Virus record (IMG/VR): IMGVR_UViG_3300028536_000002
Location: 1-56,400 of that record
Source: a virus
Length of the DNA: 56,400 nt
Reading direction: 5' to 3' (one strand)
Shown here: positions 1 to 9,594 of the stretch, in pieces
Position numbering within the stretch: the first letter of the stretch is position 1
How the letters are laid out: each line of letters opens with the position of its first letter
The notes under the pieces: generated by a model
Told to the model about the DNA's origin: nothing
Database searches by the model: none
Seen by the model: only the letters and a program-made list of their open reading frames with translations
Made by a program: the position numbers and the translations under genes

Positions 1-77
1 AGCCACCAGCCGTAGGCCAGGGCAAACCCCAGCAGCGGCGAGAGGATCTGCGTGGCGCGTTCGGTGTCGATGCCCAG
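1..77. repeat. Window-wrap duplicate, identical to 56324..56400
   Basis: The first 77 nt (agccaccagccgtaggcc...gtgtcgatgcccag) are reproduced exactly as the last 77 nt of the window. Confidence 0.95.
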
Positions 78-188
78 ACCGGACAGCACCGGCGGCACGA
101 CCGGGAGCGCGAACAGCCACCCGACGATCATCGGGACGCCGGTGCGGACGGCGCTGATCAGGAAGTTCGAGACGGCATTGTCGAGCAT
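1..188 (-). CDS. Holin-like two-TM membrane protein, 5' part (frame continues across the wrap into 56323..56170)
   Basis: ATG at 188 with GAGAGG upstream, a few nt after the endolysin stop. MLDNAVSNFLISAVRTGVPMIVGWLFALPVVPPVLSGL...LLGFALAYGWW contains two hydrophobic helices. Confidence 0.6.
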   Translation of the reverse strand, partial: MLDNAVSNFLISAVRTGVPMIVGWLFALPVVPPVLSGLGIDTERATQILSPLLGFALAYGWW

Positions 189-199
189 GGCTCGGCCTC

Positions 200-1318
200 T
201 CAGTAGGTGAATAGATGAGCCCAGTCGTCAGACCAGACCTGCCCGTACAGCGACGTGGACGCGGCGTAGTGGGCGTGCTGCCAGCGGGCGACCGCATCGA
301 AGGTGGGCCGCTCGAACAGGCCATCCGCCCAACCGTCGGCCGGGTTCCGGACGCCGGGGACGTACCCGAGGGTGATCAGCCGCTGCTGGATCGCCTTCAC
401 GTCGCCACGCTCGGCCGGGTAGTACCCGCCGTGGCTCACAGCCGGGCCGGTGATCAGCCCGAAGTAGTTGCCCGGGTGCATGTAGCCCGGCCACGGCCGG
501 TGCAGCGTCGGCTTGGCCGGTGGCTTCACCGGCGGTGGGGTGGGCTTCACCGGTGCGGCTCCCTGCTCTTGGTGCGCGCCGAGCGGGCCGGGGATCAGCA
601 CGACGTCCTCGTCGACCTGGCCGAGCTGGGGCCAGCCGTTGCCGGTCTGCCAGATGCACGAGGTCAGCTTGTGCCCGCCCATCTTGGACAGCAGGAACTT
701 CATCGCCGGGGCGAGCTGTGTCGGCGTCGGCTGCCAAAGGTCCCAGGTGGTGACGGCGGGCGGTGCGCTGATCCCGAGGTCGTGGAGGAGCTGCTTGGCG
801 ACCGACCAGGACGACGCGCCGGGGATCCAGCCGTGCTTCGTGCGCCCGGTCTTGGACAGGGCGACCACCAGGGGCAGCGGCCCGTAGAAGCCGTCGGCGT
901 GGTAGTACCCGCCCCAGATGCTGTTGGTCTCGTCGATGTACGCCTCGATCGCGCCGAGCTTGGAGGAGTCGTACGCGGTGTCGAGGTTCAGCATGATCGT
1001 CGAGCCCTTGGCCAGCCCGTTGCTGCGCCAGAAGTCCAGCGTCACTGGGGCGTCCTGCTTGGCGGCCGGTGCGCCTTCGATGGTGCGGTTGGCGTACCAC
1101 TCGTCGTTGGCGATGAACAGTTCACCGGCCGCGACGATGTCCTTGAGCTCGCCGGGCTTGAGCAGCTTGTAGGCGTTCTTGCCGTGGCTCGGGTTCGACG
1201 GTGAGCTGGCGGCGCCGGCCGAGTACCGGACCTGGAATCGGCTTCCGGCGGCGTGGGCGGCGTGGGCGTTGACAGCGGTGGCGCTGTCGATGCCGTGCGT
1301 TCCTGCGGGCAGGCTCAT
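200..1318 (-). CDS. Endolysin: DUF1906/Rv2525c-like glycoside-hydrolase-type domain plus C-terminal PG_binding_1 domain
   Basis: ATG at 1318 (residue 52 of the track ORF) preceded by GAGGGAG. THGIDSATAV..KLLKPGELKDIVAAGELFIAN..LNLDTAYD..GGYYHADGFYG resembles a DUF1906 TIM barrel. A Pro-rich linker PVKPTPPPVKPPAKP follows, then GDVKAIQQRLITLGYVPG..DGLFERPTFDAVARWQ, a peptidoglycan-binding repeat. Confidence 0.8.
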   Translation of the reverse strand: MSLPAGTHGIDSATAVNAHAAHAAGSRFQVRYSAGAASSPSNPSHGKNAYKLLKPGELKDIVAAGELFIANDEWYANRTIEGAPAAKQDAPVTLDFWRSNGLAKGSTIMLNLDTAYDSSKLGAIEAYIDETNSIWGGYYHADGFYGPLPLVVALSKTGRTKHGWIPGASSWSVAKQLLHDLGISAPPAVTTWDLWQPTPTQLAPAMKFLLSKMGGHKLTSCIWQTGNGWPQLGQVDEDVVLIPGPLGAHQEQGAAPVKPTPPPVKPPAKPTLHRPWPGYMHPGNYFGLITGPAVSHGGYYPAERGDVKAIQQRLITLGYVPGVRNPADGWADGLFERPTFDAVARWQHAHYAASTSLYGQVWSDDWAHLFTY

Positions 1319-1371
1319 CAGTGCGGCTCCCTCGGGTGGTTGTCGGCCCAGGGTGGCACGTGTTGTCCAGG

Positions 1372-2172
1372 TCAGGGCGTCGGTGTGGGGCCCGGTGGTG
1401 GTGAGCTGCACACGATGACCGAGCTTCCGTCGAGCTGTGGCTGCGCGCTCGGGGTGTATCCGTCTGGGCATGGCGGCCCGGCCGGGCCTGCCGGCCCCGA
1501 GGGGCCGACCTCGCCTTGCGGACCCTGCGGGCCTGGCTCACCGGGCGCCCCGGGTGTGCCGGGCGCTCCTGGGCTGCCCTCGGCCCCGGCGGCACCCGGT
1601 TCGCCGGAGGCGCCGTCGACCCCGTTCGCGCCGGGCGGCCCCGCCGTGCCGCCCGAACCGTTCACTCCGGCCGCGCCCGGGGCGCCGGGGATGCCCTGCG
1701 GACCCGACGGGCCGGGCGGTCCCTGCGGCCCCGGGACACCCTGGGCACCAGGTGAGCCAGCCGGGCCGGCCACCGGGATCGGGGCCGCCGTCGCAAGCTG
1801 GCTGGCCTGCTCACACGAGATCCCCAGCGCGGCCACCTTCGCCCGGCCGGCCGGCGTCTTGCACGCCTCATTGATCTGCCCAGCGACGTCCACACCCTGC
1901 GAGGCGAGCGCGCCGTTGGTGGCCGCTGCGCCCTGGGCGGTGCGCTTGCCGGCGATGAGCTGGTTGCCGTGATCGACCTGGCTGTAGATGAAGATCGCGA
2001 GCGCGATGGACAGCGCGATCAGGAACCCGCCGGTGAGGGCGCGGCGGCGGTTACGGCGGCGCAGTGCCGCTTGCTGCCCCACTCGGGTCGCCTTCGGGAC
2101 TGCCTGCGTCTGGGCGTACTCCTGGAGCAGGTCCAGACCCCTGTCCGGGTCGGTCGTGTCTCGCGGCTCCAT
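1372..2172 (-). CDS. Membrane-anchored collagen-like (Gly-X-Y)33 protein
   Basis: ATG 2172 with AGGAGA 6 nt upstream. RRRNRRR is followed by a TM helix [18 protein letters not shown], then 33 uninterrupted G-X-Y triplets ([18 protein letters not shown]...GPAGPAGPP) and a Cys-containing C-terminal end. Codon-3 G/C bias is strong. Confidence 0.75.
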   Translation of the reverse strand: MEPRDTTDPDRGLDLLQEYAQTQAVPKATRVGQQAALRRRNRRRALTGGFLIALSIALAIFIYSQVDHGNQLIAGKRTAQGAAATNGALASQGVDVAGQINEACKTPAGRAKVAALGISCEQASQLATAAPIPVAGPAGSPGAQGVPGPQGPPGPSGPQGIPGAPGAAGVNGSGGTAGPPGANGVDGASGEPGAAGAEGSPGAPGTPGAPGEPGPQGPQGEVGPSGPAGPAGPPCPDGYTPSAQPQLDGSSVIVCSSPPPGPTPTP

Positions 2173-2578
2173 ACCGGTCTCCTAGCTGCTGGAGCAGCAC
2201 GGTGATCTGACCTTGTCTGTCAGTGAGTTGCTGTTCCATGAACGCGAGCTGCTGACGAAGCTCACGTATGGTCGCACGGGCCTCGCCCAGCTCATCCTCA
2301 CGGCGATCCAACTGCCCCTGGAGGGCGTCGACCCGGTCGCCCATCTCGTGCAGTTGCCGGCGCATCGGCTGGATGACGTGCTCGTCGGCCCAGGTCAAGA
2401 TCTCCCGCGACGCGGCGTTGGCGGCGACCTTCTCGCTGGGCTCGGGCGGTTCCGTCTTGGCGCCCCACCCGAACCGCTTGCGCGTCCAGTCCGCGAGCAG
2501 CGCGAGCACCCCGGCGGCGATGACGCCGACGACGCCCCAGATGCCCGAGGTCGTGACGGGGCTCTCGGCCAGCAGCAT
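2051..2578 (-). CDS. N-terminally membrane-anchored coiled-coil protein
   Basis: ATG 2578 with GGAGAC upstream (GTG 2590 is also possible). TM helix [20 protein letters not shown] is followed by a long heptad-like helix ([49 protein letters not shown]). The last 122 nt overlap the next gene and lose codon bias. Confidence 0.6.
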   Translation of the reverse strand: MLLAESPVTTSGIWGVVGVIAAGVLALLADWTRKRFGWGAKTEPPEPSEKVAANAASREILTWADEHVIQPMRRQLHEMGDRVDALQGQLDRREDELGEARATIRELRQQLAFMEQQLTDRQGQITVLLQQLGDRYGAARHDRPGQGSGPAPGVRPDAGSPEGDPSGAASGTAPP

Positions 2579-2590
2579 GGCGGTCTCCAC

Positions 2591-3160
2591 TCATGTCAGC
2601 CAGCCGATCTGCTGGACGGCGAGCCAGCACGAGTCCGCCGACAGGGCGGTGGCTGTCGCGCTGATTTGCACCCCGATGTCGAAGAACGTGAACAGGTCCA
2701 TGATCGCGGACATCTGGCAGCCCCCACCGGCGATCGCCTCACAGACGGGAGTCTTCATCGGCCACTGCTGATCACTGGAGTGGCCGCCGTCGAGCCACAT
2801 CTGGTAGGCGATCACGGTGGACTGCGCGAAGCTCGCGCTGATCAGGTACCGCCCGGTCACCGGTACGTGGAAGGTGTTGTCCAGGGGCTGCCAGCCGTTG
2901 TGGGTGTCCTCCACGATCGTCGTCCAGGGGATGTACGCGGCGCCCACCGTCGCCGACCCGGTGGTCGCACCTGTCTTGGTCGCCCGGAACGACACCCAGT
3001 TCGAACCGTGCACCCGGGCGACGTCGCCGAGCTGGTTGAGCGGCAGGTCGATCCGCTGATGGAGCTTGACGTCGTTGATCGGTTCGCCCTTATGCCACTG
3101 GGTTCCTGCCAGCAGCGGGTCGGGTAGGGACGGGTTGCCTTGGGTCTGTCGTAGCGGCAT
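2591..3160 (-). CDS. C1q/TNF-like jelly-roll tail fibre / receptor-binding candidate, paralogue 3
   Basis: 189 aa. The N-terminus (LPDPLL..INDVKLHQRIDLPLNQLGD) is shared with its two neighbours, and FHVPVTGRYLISASFAQ resembles the C1q GxY strand motif. It lies downstream of Tal. Confidence 0.55.
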   Translation of the reverse strand: MPLRQTQGNPSLPDPLLAGTQWHKGEPINDVKLHQRIDLPLNQLGDVARVHGSNWVSFRATKTGATTGSATVGAAYIPWTTIVEDTHNGWQPLDNTFHVPVTGRYLISASFAQSTVIAYQMWLDGGHSSDQQWPMKTPVCEAIAGGGCQMSAIMDLFTFFDIGVQISATATALSADSCWLAVQQIGWLT

Positions 3161-3161
3161 G

Positions 3162-3728
3162 TCAGCGGCCCACCTGGATCAGTTCGAACCGGTTCTTCTC
3201 AGTGCCGGCGGTGGTGATGCCTTCGATGCTGATCGCGGCGGTGACCCGCACGCCGACGGTTTCGCCACCGGCGAACCGGACCGGGGTGAGGCGCACGCGG
3301 CTGGACCGGCCGATGCTCTGGATCGCGGTGCCGCTGATGTTAACGCTCCCGAACGTGTTCGGGACGCCGGACACGTAGAGCCGGTAGTTGACGGCGGTCG
3401 CGAGCGTGGAATACGCGGTGAGCAGGAACAGTCCGCCACCGGCAGGGACGGTGTACAGCCCCGTGGTGACGCTCCAGCCCCCGGCCGAGTCGACCAGCGT
3501 GGTGTCGAACTTGATCGTGGCGTTCGCGGCGATCGCCGTGGCGCCGGCTGCCCGATGCGACACCCTCAGCCGCGCCAGATTCAGCGTCGGCATCCCGAAC
3601 ATCCACGTCCGCAACAAGTTGAGCTGCACGTCGGTCGCGTTGTGCATCGCGGTGGCGTCCTCCAGCACCGAACGCGGGTTGGTCGGGTGGCTGAACTGGT
3701 CGGCCAGCGGGGTGGCGGGGAACACCAT
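3162..3728 (-). CDS. C1q/TNF-like jelly-roll tail fibre candidate, paralogue 2
   Basis: 188 aa with an MVFPATPLADQF N-terminus and GLYTVPAGGGLFLLTAYST. It is the same size and architecture as the flanking genes. Confidence 0.55.
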   Translation of the reverse strand: MVFPATPLADQFSHPTNPRSVLEDATAMHNATDVQLNLLRTWMFGMPTLNLARLRVSHRAAGATAIAANATIKFDTTLVDSAGGWSVTTGLYTVPAGGGLFLLTAYSTLATAVNYRLYVSGVPNTFGSVNISGTAIQSIGRSSRVRLTPVRFAGGETVGVRVTAAISIEGITTAGTEKNRFELIQVGR

Positions 3729-3729
3729 G

Positions 3730-4278
3730 TCAGTAGCCGATCATCATGATCGACAGGTAGGTGAGGGTCTGGCTCGCGACGGTGGCGGCGGTGGCGAGCG
3801 CGCCGCGCATCCGCAGCGCGATCTGCGCCCCGGCGACGAAGTTGTCGGTGGTGTCGATGTCCTGGCCGAAGTTCGCGGCGGCGCCCATCTGCCCGGAGAA
3901 GATGATGCCGCTGCGCGGCGCTGGGAACGTCAGCAGCTCCAGCACCCCGGCCACGGCCGAGGCTTGCGACCAGCCCGCCTGCACCGCGTACAGCCCGTCC
4001 TTCTGCACCACGTACCGCTTGTTGACGGCGTCCCACCCTGAGCCGGTGCCGTTCCACGAGTCGACGAAGTCGGCGACGATGATGTTGAACCCGATGTTCG
4101 CGTCGAGCGCGGCCGGGTTGACGGCGCCGATCGCCCGGAACTCCGGCAGGCCCTTGCCCCACAGCGAGATCGCGTCGCCCATCGCATTGAGAGGCACGTC
4201 GATGCGGTTGAACATGTCGGTCTCGCTGACGAACGCGTTCGTCCACTGGTTGGGTAGCGGTACCGCTGGGTAGGTCAC
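3730..4278 (-). CDS. C1q/TNF-like jelly-roll tail fibre candidate, paralogue 1
   Basis: GTG 4278 (residue 23 of the track ORF) preceded by GAGGAGG, right after the Tal stop. VTYPAVPLPNQW..MFNRIDVPLNAMGD..RYVVQKDGLYAVQAGWSQ. Confidence 0.55.
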   Translation of the reverse strand: MTYPAVPLPNQWTNAFVSETDMFNRIDVPLNAMGDAISLWGKGLPEFRAIGAVNPAALDANIGFNIIVADFVDSWNGTGSGWDAVNKRYVVQKDGLYAVQAGWSQASAVAGVLELLTFPAPRSGIIFSGQMGAAANFGQDIDTTDNFVAGAQIALRMRGALATAATVASQTLTYLSIMMIGY

Positions 4279-4289
4279 CGTGCCTCCTC

Positions 4290-6629
4290 TCAGATGTAGG
4301 TGGTCGTGCCGAGCTCGGAGCGGCCGGCCACGCCGAGGATCCACTGCCGGGGCCGGCCGACAAGTCGGGCTGTGATGTCCTGGACGAACCCGCCGTCCTT
4401 GCTGGCCGTCGGATGGATGCTGGTGATGATCAGGTCATCGGACAGGATGGCCGGGGATCGGGCGGGGTTGCCGAGGCTGGCCAGCTCGCCCCGGTCCTGC
4501 GCGGTGATGCGGTCCCCGAGCTGGAGTGAGCTGTCCCCGACGATGGTGAACTGCACGAACATGGGGCGCGGCACGACCAGGTCGGCGAGGACGTCGGTGC
4601 ATAGGGTCTGCACGGTGTCCTGGTCCTGGCGCCACTGCGAATCAGGCAGGGACAGCGCCGGCAGGCCCGAGCCATAGCTGGAGCTGACCGTGATCGAAGA
4701 GGTGCCCTGCGGGACGAGCGGGCCGCCGTTGACGGGGAGACCGATGAGCCAGATCGAGGGCGTCCCGACGGGGTAGTCGTTGTAGATGCTGGGCGACACC
4801 ATGTAGGTGGCGTGGCTGGCGGGGTTGGCCAGGGTGACTTTGACGGTCTGCGAGTCGAGCTGCACCACGGTCATGTTGATCGTGTCGGTGTCCGGGCCGG
4901 TGCCGTCGGATTTGGTGTTGCCCCGGTAGGAGTTGACCCCGCCGAGCTGGGCGATCGGGTTCTGGGCGTTGCCGAGGATCGCCCCGCCGTTCGGGACGAA
5001 CGCTGTCGGCCCGTTCAGGGTGACGAAGAAAGTGATCGACCCCTTGGCCGGGACCAAATATGTCTCGGTGGCTTGCCACACCACGGCGATCGGTTGGACC
5101 GCGAACGGCGTGCAGGACGCGGTGACCGTGCGTGCGCGGTTGGCTTCGTTGACCTCGTGGGATAGATCCTTGATCTGCGTCAACGATGTGACGATGGCCC
5201 CGGCCACTCCGGGCACGTTGTAGCGGTTGGTGAACCGGAAGATCAGATCCTCGTCGAACCCGCCCGTCGCCAGCTCGGCGTCGCAGAGCTGCTGGATCAG
5301 CCCCCACGCGTCGGTGACGTTGCGGATGTCCGGGGTGGCCGTCATCTGGTTGAGCGACGCGTCCAGGTAGGCGGTCGGGACGAAGTTCACCGGCACAGCG
5401 GTGGGGTCATCGGCCCAGCACTGCCACGTGTCCAGCGTCAACCCGGCGTTGGAGGTCAGCTCCACGCTGATGCCATCGCTGACGTAGGCACCCAGCCCGG
5501 TCAGGTTGGTGGTGGTGAGAACGCCGTCCATCCAGATCTCGGCGGTCGCTGTCGTGGCGCCGGTGAACGTCACCCGGTACATGATCTGGTGGAAGAACCC
5601 GATGGCCGTCGAGGTGCTGATGGCGTGGGCCGTGCTGACGGTGACCCCGGACCGTTCGACATCGATCGAGGCGTAGACATGGCCGGCGAGATCTTCCTGG
5701 CCCATGTTGAAGTTGATCAGGTTGTTGGCGTCGCTCCTGATCACCATCTCGGCGCCCCCGCCGACGATGATCCCCGACAGCGACGCCCAGCCCTCACCCA
5801 GCACTGAGTGGCCTGTCGCGAACGAGACGGTCTTGGTGGTGGCGGTGCGGATCTCGCATTGCTGCGGCGCGGCGCCGGCCCACTTACCGGGGAGCCAGTT
5901 CGGCTGGAACCCCGAGAAGCTGTAGGACTCGGCCTCGAAGTTCGCCGAGGTGGGGGAGCCGATCTGCGGCCACAGCGTCTGATGCAGCGTCGCGTACCAC
6001 ACGGCACCCGAGCCGGCCGTGCGCGGCTGCGGAGAGGCGTAGATGCCGTTCGCGGCCAGGATGTACTCCAGCAGCGGCAGCGACGAGAGCCCCGGCGCGG
6101 CGGTCGGGTAGATCGTGTTCGCCAGGATCATCGGCAACGACGGGACCGTGGACAGCTTCGGGCGGAAGTCCAGCAGCGCCAGCGTGACGTCGCCGGTGTC
6201 GCGGTTGATCGAGCAGTTGTCGACGTAGCCGGTCATGATCACATACGTCTCGGGGACGACGACGCCCTGGAGGCGCAGGCCCTGCTCGATGACGATCTTC
6301 ACCCCGGAGATGCCGGTCCAGTCGAAGTCGTACAACGGGCTCGACGTTGACCACGGGTCGAACAGTTGTTGCACGGTCTGGGTCGGGTCACCGCCGATCG
6401 CACCGCCGAGCACCATCGACGCGTTGCGGGTCGAGTAGCCGGCGATGAGCCGCGTCCCGGCAGGGGCGTCGGTGGTCAGGTCAGCTTGCGGCTGGATCGA
6501 GATGAACAGGGCGGACAGGTCGGTGGGGGCGCCGACGACACCGGCCGGCCACGTCGCAGTCACCTTGGTGGCGGGTTGCGTGTCGGGCTTGCCGACGGCG
6601 GCCCGGAACGCCGGGGTGACGGTCCTCAT
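4290..6629 (-). CDS. Minor tail protein, tail-tip (Tal-like), 779 aa
   Basis: ATG 6629 overlaps the upstream stop (ATGA). The longer N-terminus of the track ORF is Arg/Pro-rich out-of-frame text. MRTVTPAFRAAVGK..YDFDWTGISGVKIVIEQG..TGYVDNCSINRDTGDVTL resembles siphophage tail-tip N-domains, and the gene follows Dit. Confidence 0.6.
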   Translation of the reverse strand: MRTVTPAFRAAVGKPDTQPATKVTATWPAGVVGAPTDLSALFISIQPQADLTTDAPAGTRLIAGYSTRNASMVLGGAIGGDPTQTVQQLFDPWSTSSPLYDFDWTGISGVKIVIEQGLRLQGVVVPETYVIMTGYVDNCSINRDTGDVTLALLDFRPKLSTVPSLPMILANTIYPTAAPGLSSLPLLEYILAANGIYASPQPRTAGSGAVWYATLHQTLWPQIGSPTSANFEAESYSFSGFQPNWLPGKWAGAAPQQCEIRTATTKTVSFATGHSVLGEGWASLSGIIVGGGAEMVIRSDANNLINFNMGQEDLAGHVYASIDVERSGVTVSTAHAISTSTAIGFFHQIMYRVTFTGATTATAEIWMDGVLTTTNLTGLGAYVSDGISVELTSNAGLTLDTWQCWADDPTAVPVNFVPTAYLDASLNQMTATPDIRNVTDAWGLIQQLCDAELATGGFDEDLIFRFTNRYNVPGVAGAIVTSLTQIKDLSHEVNEANRARTVTASCTPFAVQPIAVVWQATETYLVPAKGSITFFVTLNGPTAFVPNGGAILGNAQNPIAQLGGVNSYRGNTKSDGTGPDTDTINMTVVQLDSQTVKVTLANPASHATYMVSPSIYNDYPVGTPSIWLIGLPVNGGPLVPQGTSSITVSSSYGSGLPALSLPDSQWRQDQDTVQTLCTDVLADLVVPRPMFVQFTIVGDSSLQLGDRITAQDRGELASLGNPARSPAILSDDLIITSIHPTASKDGGFVQDITARLVGRPRQWILGVAGRSELGTTTYI

Positions 6630-7588
6630 GCTGCCTCGACGAGTGTCAGGATGTGCGAGCGCCGGGCGTACATCCGGTCTGAGTTGGCGGCCATCGTGCC
6701 GTACGGGAGCAGCTTCGGGACGCCGAGCCCGAGCACCCACGGCGGGACCAGCGTCGCGGTGGGGCCAGCCCCGGCCGGGTCGACCGTGCCGGTGGTCTGC
6801 TGGATGTCCGGTGCTGAGACGTAGACGTGCGGCGGGGCGGCCGAAAGTGCCGACAGCGCTAGCCCGTAGGTGACGGCGCCGGCCGGCACGGCCCCCGGCG
6901 CCAGCGACGCTCCGAATCGCTGCCAGGTGGTGGTGACGGCGGCCGAGGCGACCAGCGACACCGTGCCGAGCGAGGCGCCGTTGATGTCGGTGAAGTAGGC
7001 CAGGAGCTGCACGTTGGTCGTGCCGGCCGGGACGCGCAGCCAGCACGCGGCAGTGAACGGCTCGGCGAGATTCACCGGCGGGGCGCCGGGCTCGGTGATG
7101 TTCGCGGCGGTGGCGTTGAGCCACAGGAAGCTGTTCTGGACGGTGGTCCAGTCCTGCACTCCGCACAGTGGGGCCAGCGGCGGTGCGGTGATCGCGGGAG
7201 CGGCGAACGCGACCGCGCCACCGGCCGAGACGAAGAACCCCACGCTGGTCTGCTCGATCTGGCCACCACCGGAGATGTGCGCCGGCAACAGGTTCCGGAA
7301 CGCCGGGTCGATCAGGTAGTACGGGCCGGGGCCGAGCATCCCCGCGAAGATCGACAGCACGAGGTCGGACTGGTCCCAGGTCCGCTGCGCGAAGTCCAGC
7401 TCGTAGATCCGGCGCGTCTTGCCGAGGTGCTGCACCGCGTGCGGGCCGCCGAGCAGCGCGTGGTCGACCTTGCCCTGGTCCAGGGTGACCTTGTACCCGG
7501 CGTCGGGCATCGTCAGCAGCCGCAGCTTGCCAGCCGGGCCGAGGTAGAACTGCTTGAGCTGCGGGGCACACAGCAGGGGGCTGGTCAT
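6626..7588 (-). CDS. Minor tail protein, distal tail protein (Dit)-like
   Basis: ATG 7588 overlaps the tape-measure stop (ATGA). It is 320 aa and sits in the canonical position between the tape measure and Tal. Confidence 0.5.
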   Translation of the reverse strand: MTSPLLCAPQLKQFYLGPAGKLRLLTMPDAGYKVTLDQGKVDHALLGGPHAVQHLGKTRRIYELDFAQRTWDQSDLVLSIFAGMLGPGPYYLIDPAFRNLLPAHISGGGQIEQTSVGFFVSAGGAVAFAAPAITAPPLAPLCGVQDWTTVQNSFLWLNATAANITEPGAPPVNLAEPFTAACWLRVPAGTTNVQLLAYFTDINGASLGTVSLVASAAVTTTWQRFGASLAPGAVPAGAVTYGLALSALSAAPPHVYVSAPDIQQTTGTVDPAGAGPTATLVPPWVLGLGVPKLLPYGTMAANSDRMYARRSHILTLVEAA

Positions 7589-9594
7589 GACCACCGTCCG
7601 TTGCGCAGGTTGCGGGTATTGACCACGGCGGTGAGCTTCTGCCCATCGACGGACAGGGTGTGGCTGGCCATGATGGCGGCGATCAGCCGGTCGATCTGAT
7701 CGTCGGTGAACGTCCCCGCTTCGCCCCCGTCGCTGCCCCGGGCCTTGCCCATCGCGGCGGCGAGGAGGTCAACTGTCTTGGGGGAGTCGAGCGGCGCGAC
7801 CAGCTCCTGGCCCGAGGGGTTGTCGCCGAGAACGGCCATCATCTCGCCGTCGACCAGGCCACCTGTCGCGAGGCGCGGGATGAGGGTCTGCCCGCCGATG
7901 GAGACGTAGTGGCCGAACGCGCCGATCCGGATGCGGGGCACCGTCAGCGGCAGCCCGAGCAGATCGTTGATGCCTTCCTTCAACGCGTTGACCAGGCCCC
8001 GCGCGAGGTCGACCGCGCCCGAGGCGATCGACCTGAGCCCGTTCCACAGCGCGGTCATCAGCGACTTGCCGGCGCTGGCCATGCGCCCAGCGGCAGCACC
8101 GATCCTGCCGGGCAGCGAACCTATGGCCGACACGATGTCATTCACCCAGCCGACTACGGCGTGGTAGGTGGACGAGGCCCAGCGGCTGATTGTCGTGCTG
8201 ACCGCCGACCAGGCCCGCGACACGAACCCGGAGATCTGGCTCCAGTGCTGCCAGATCAGTAAGGGGATGCCGATGAAGGGTGCGAGCACGGCGATCGCGG
8301 CCGGTCCCCAGCGCTTGACGAAGGCGTACACGGTGTCCCAGACGCGGGTAAGGAACCCGATGATCTGGGACCAGTGCTGCCAGATGAGCAGTGGGATGCC
8401 GAGCACGGGGAAGAACAACGCGAGGATGGCCGGCCCCCACGTCTTGAGGAACTCCCAGACGCCCTGCAAGATCGCCCGGAACGTCGCCGAGCGCTGATAG
8501 GCAATCACGATGGCGGCGGCCAGCGCGACCAGCGCGACGACGATCAGCACGATCGGGTTGGCCAGCATGACGGCATTGAGGATGGCCTGGGCGATGGCGA
8601 CGGTCTTGGTGATGATCGCGTAGGCGGCCCACGCGGCGATCAGCGGCGCCAGCACCATCGCCACCGTCTTGATGGTGGAGCTGTTGTCCTGGAACCACGT
8701 GATGATCGCCCGGATCGCGGGGACGACGTCGTTGGTCATGTAGCCGACGAGCCTGTTTAGCATGGGTAGCAGCGCCGCGCCGACTTGCTCCTCCAGGTTC
8801 TTCCACGCGGCAGACAGCTTCGCGGCCGGGGTCGCAGCGGCGCCGGCCGCACCGCCGAACTCGCGGTTGACCTCGGCCAGCACGATCTTCTGCGCGCCGA
8901 GCTTGTCCCCGGCTTCGGCCATCGACTTGATCTGCTTTTTCTGGCCCTCGTCGAAGCTCACCCCGACGCGGGTCAACGCGGTCAGGCCCTTCACCGGGTC
9001 GTTGAGCGCTTTACCGAGCAGGATCGCGCTGGACTTGCCGTCGGTGTGCATCGCGGCCGACATGTCCAGCACAGCCTTGGTGGTCTGGTCGAAGATGTCG
9101 TTGCCCTTGCCGGCTTCGTTCCTGATGTTCGTGAACGTCAGGATCAGGTTCTCGGTCGACTGCACCGCGCTGTCGTCCATCGCGGCGTACTCGCCCATCC
9201 GCTCGGCGAGGCTCTTGACCTCCTCAGCGCTGACGTTCGCCGCACCGCCCGTGGACTTGATCACGGCGGCGGTCGTCCGGCCGATCACCTCAGCCTCGCG
9301 GGCCGCCTCCACCGCCTTGCCGAAGAAATCGGCCACGGCCAGCCCTGCCATCGCGCCCAGGATCTGCCCGCCGAACTCCTTGCCCTTCTCCTTGAACGTC
9401 TTGCTGGCCTCCGAGCCGCCCTTCTCACCGAGCGCCTTGCCGCCCTTAGTGCCGGCCTTACCCATCTCCTCTTCGGCGACCTTGGACGTGCCCGACAGTG
9501 ACCGCTTGAGGTCGGCCTCGGTCTGCCCGGCCAGGCCCTTGAGGTCGCTGGTCGTGATCTCGACCCGAGCTCGGGCAACGACGGGGGCGCTCAC
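7585..9594 (-). CDS. Tape measure protein
   Basis: 669 aa with a GTG start, directly after G/G-T. The N-half is Ala/Lys/Gly-rich and helical. Hydrophobic Trp-rich segments include the duplicated GIPLLIWQHWSQI. Confidence 0.85.
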   Translation of the reverse strand: MSAPVVARARVEITTSDLKGLAGQTEADLKRSLSGTSKVAEEEMGKAGTKGGKALGEKGGSEASKTFKEKGKEFGGQILGAMAGLAVADFFGKAVEAAREAEVIGRTTAAVIKSTGGAANVSAEEVKSLAERMGEYAAMDDSAVQSTENLILTFTNIRNEAGKGNDIFDQTTKAVLDMSAAMHTDGKSSAILLGKALNDPVKGLTALTRVGVSFDEGQKKQIKSMAEAGDKLGAQKIVLAEVNREFGGAAGAAATPAAKLSAAWKNLEEQVGAALLPMLNRLVGYMTNDVVPAIRAIITWFQDNSSTIKTVAMVLAPLIAAWAAYAIITKTVAIAQAILNAVMLANPIVLIVVALVALAAAIVIAYQRSATFRAILQGVWEFLKTWGPAILALFFPVLGIPLLIWQHWSQIIGFLTRVWDTVYAFVKRWGPAAIAVLAPFIGIPLLIWQHWSQISGFVSRAWSAVSTTISRWASSTYHAVVGWVNDIVSAIGSLPGRIGAAAGRMASAGKSLMTALWNGLRSIASGAVDLARGLVNALKEGINDLLGLPLTVPRIRIGAFGHYVSIGGQTLIPRLATGGLVDGEMMAVLGDNPSGQELVAPLDSPKTVDLLAAAMGKARGSDGGEAGTFTDDQIDRLIAAIMASHTLSVDGQKLTAVVNTRNLRNGRWS

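Noticed and set aside
1-77. The 77-bp terminal duplication as a genuine direct terminal repeat or cos-flanking repeat.
   Set aside because: The window length is a round number and the junction falls inside an intact ORF. This fits an artificial wrap of a circular or permuted assembly better. The physical ends cannot be inferred here.
4290-7646. A single 1118-aa ORF, and similar extended track ORFs (26490..27653, 25125..26018, 29961..31097, 35871..36899, 39652..40785, 10464..11123).
   Set aside because: The N-terminal parts are Arg/Pro-rich and overlap a better gene in another frame. An internal start that overlaps the upstream stop (ATGA/GTGA/TGATG), or that has a good RBS, gives the real gene.
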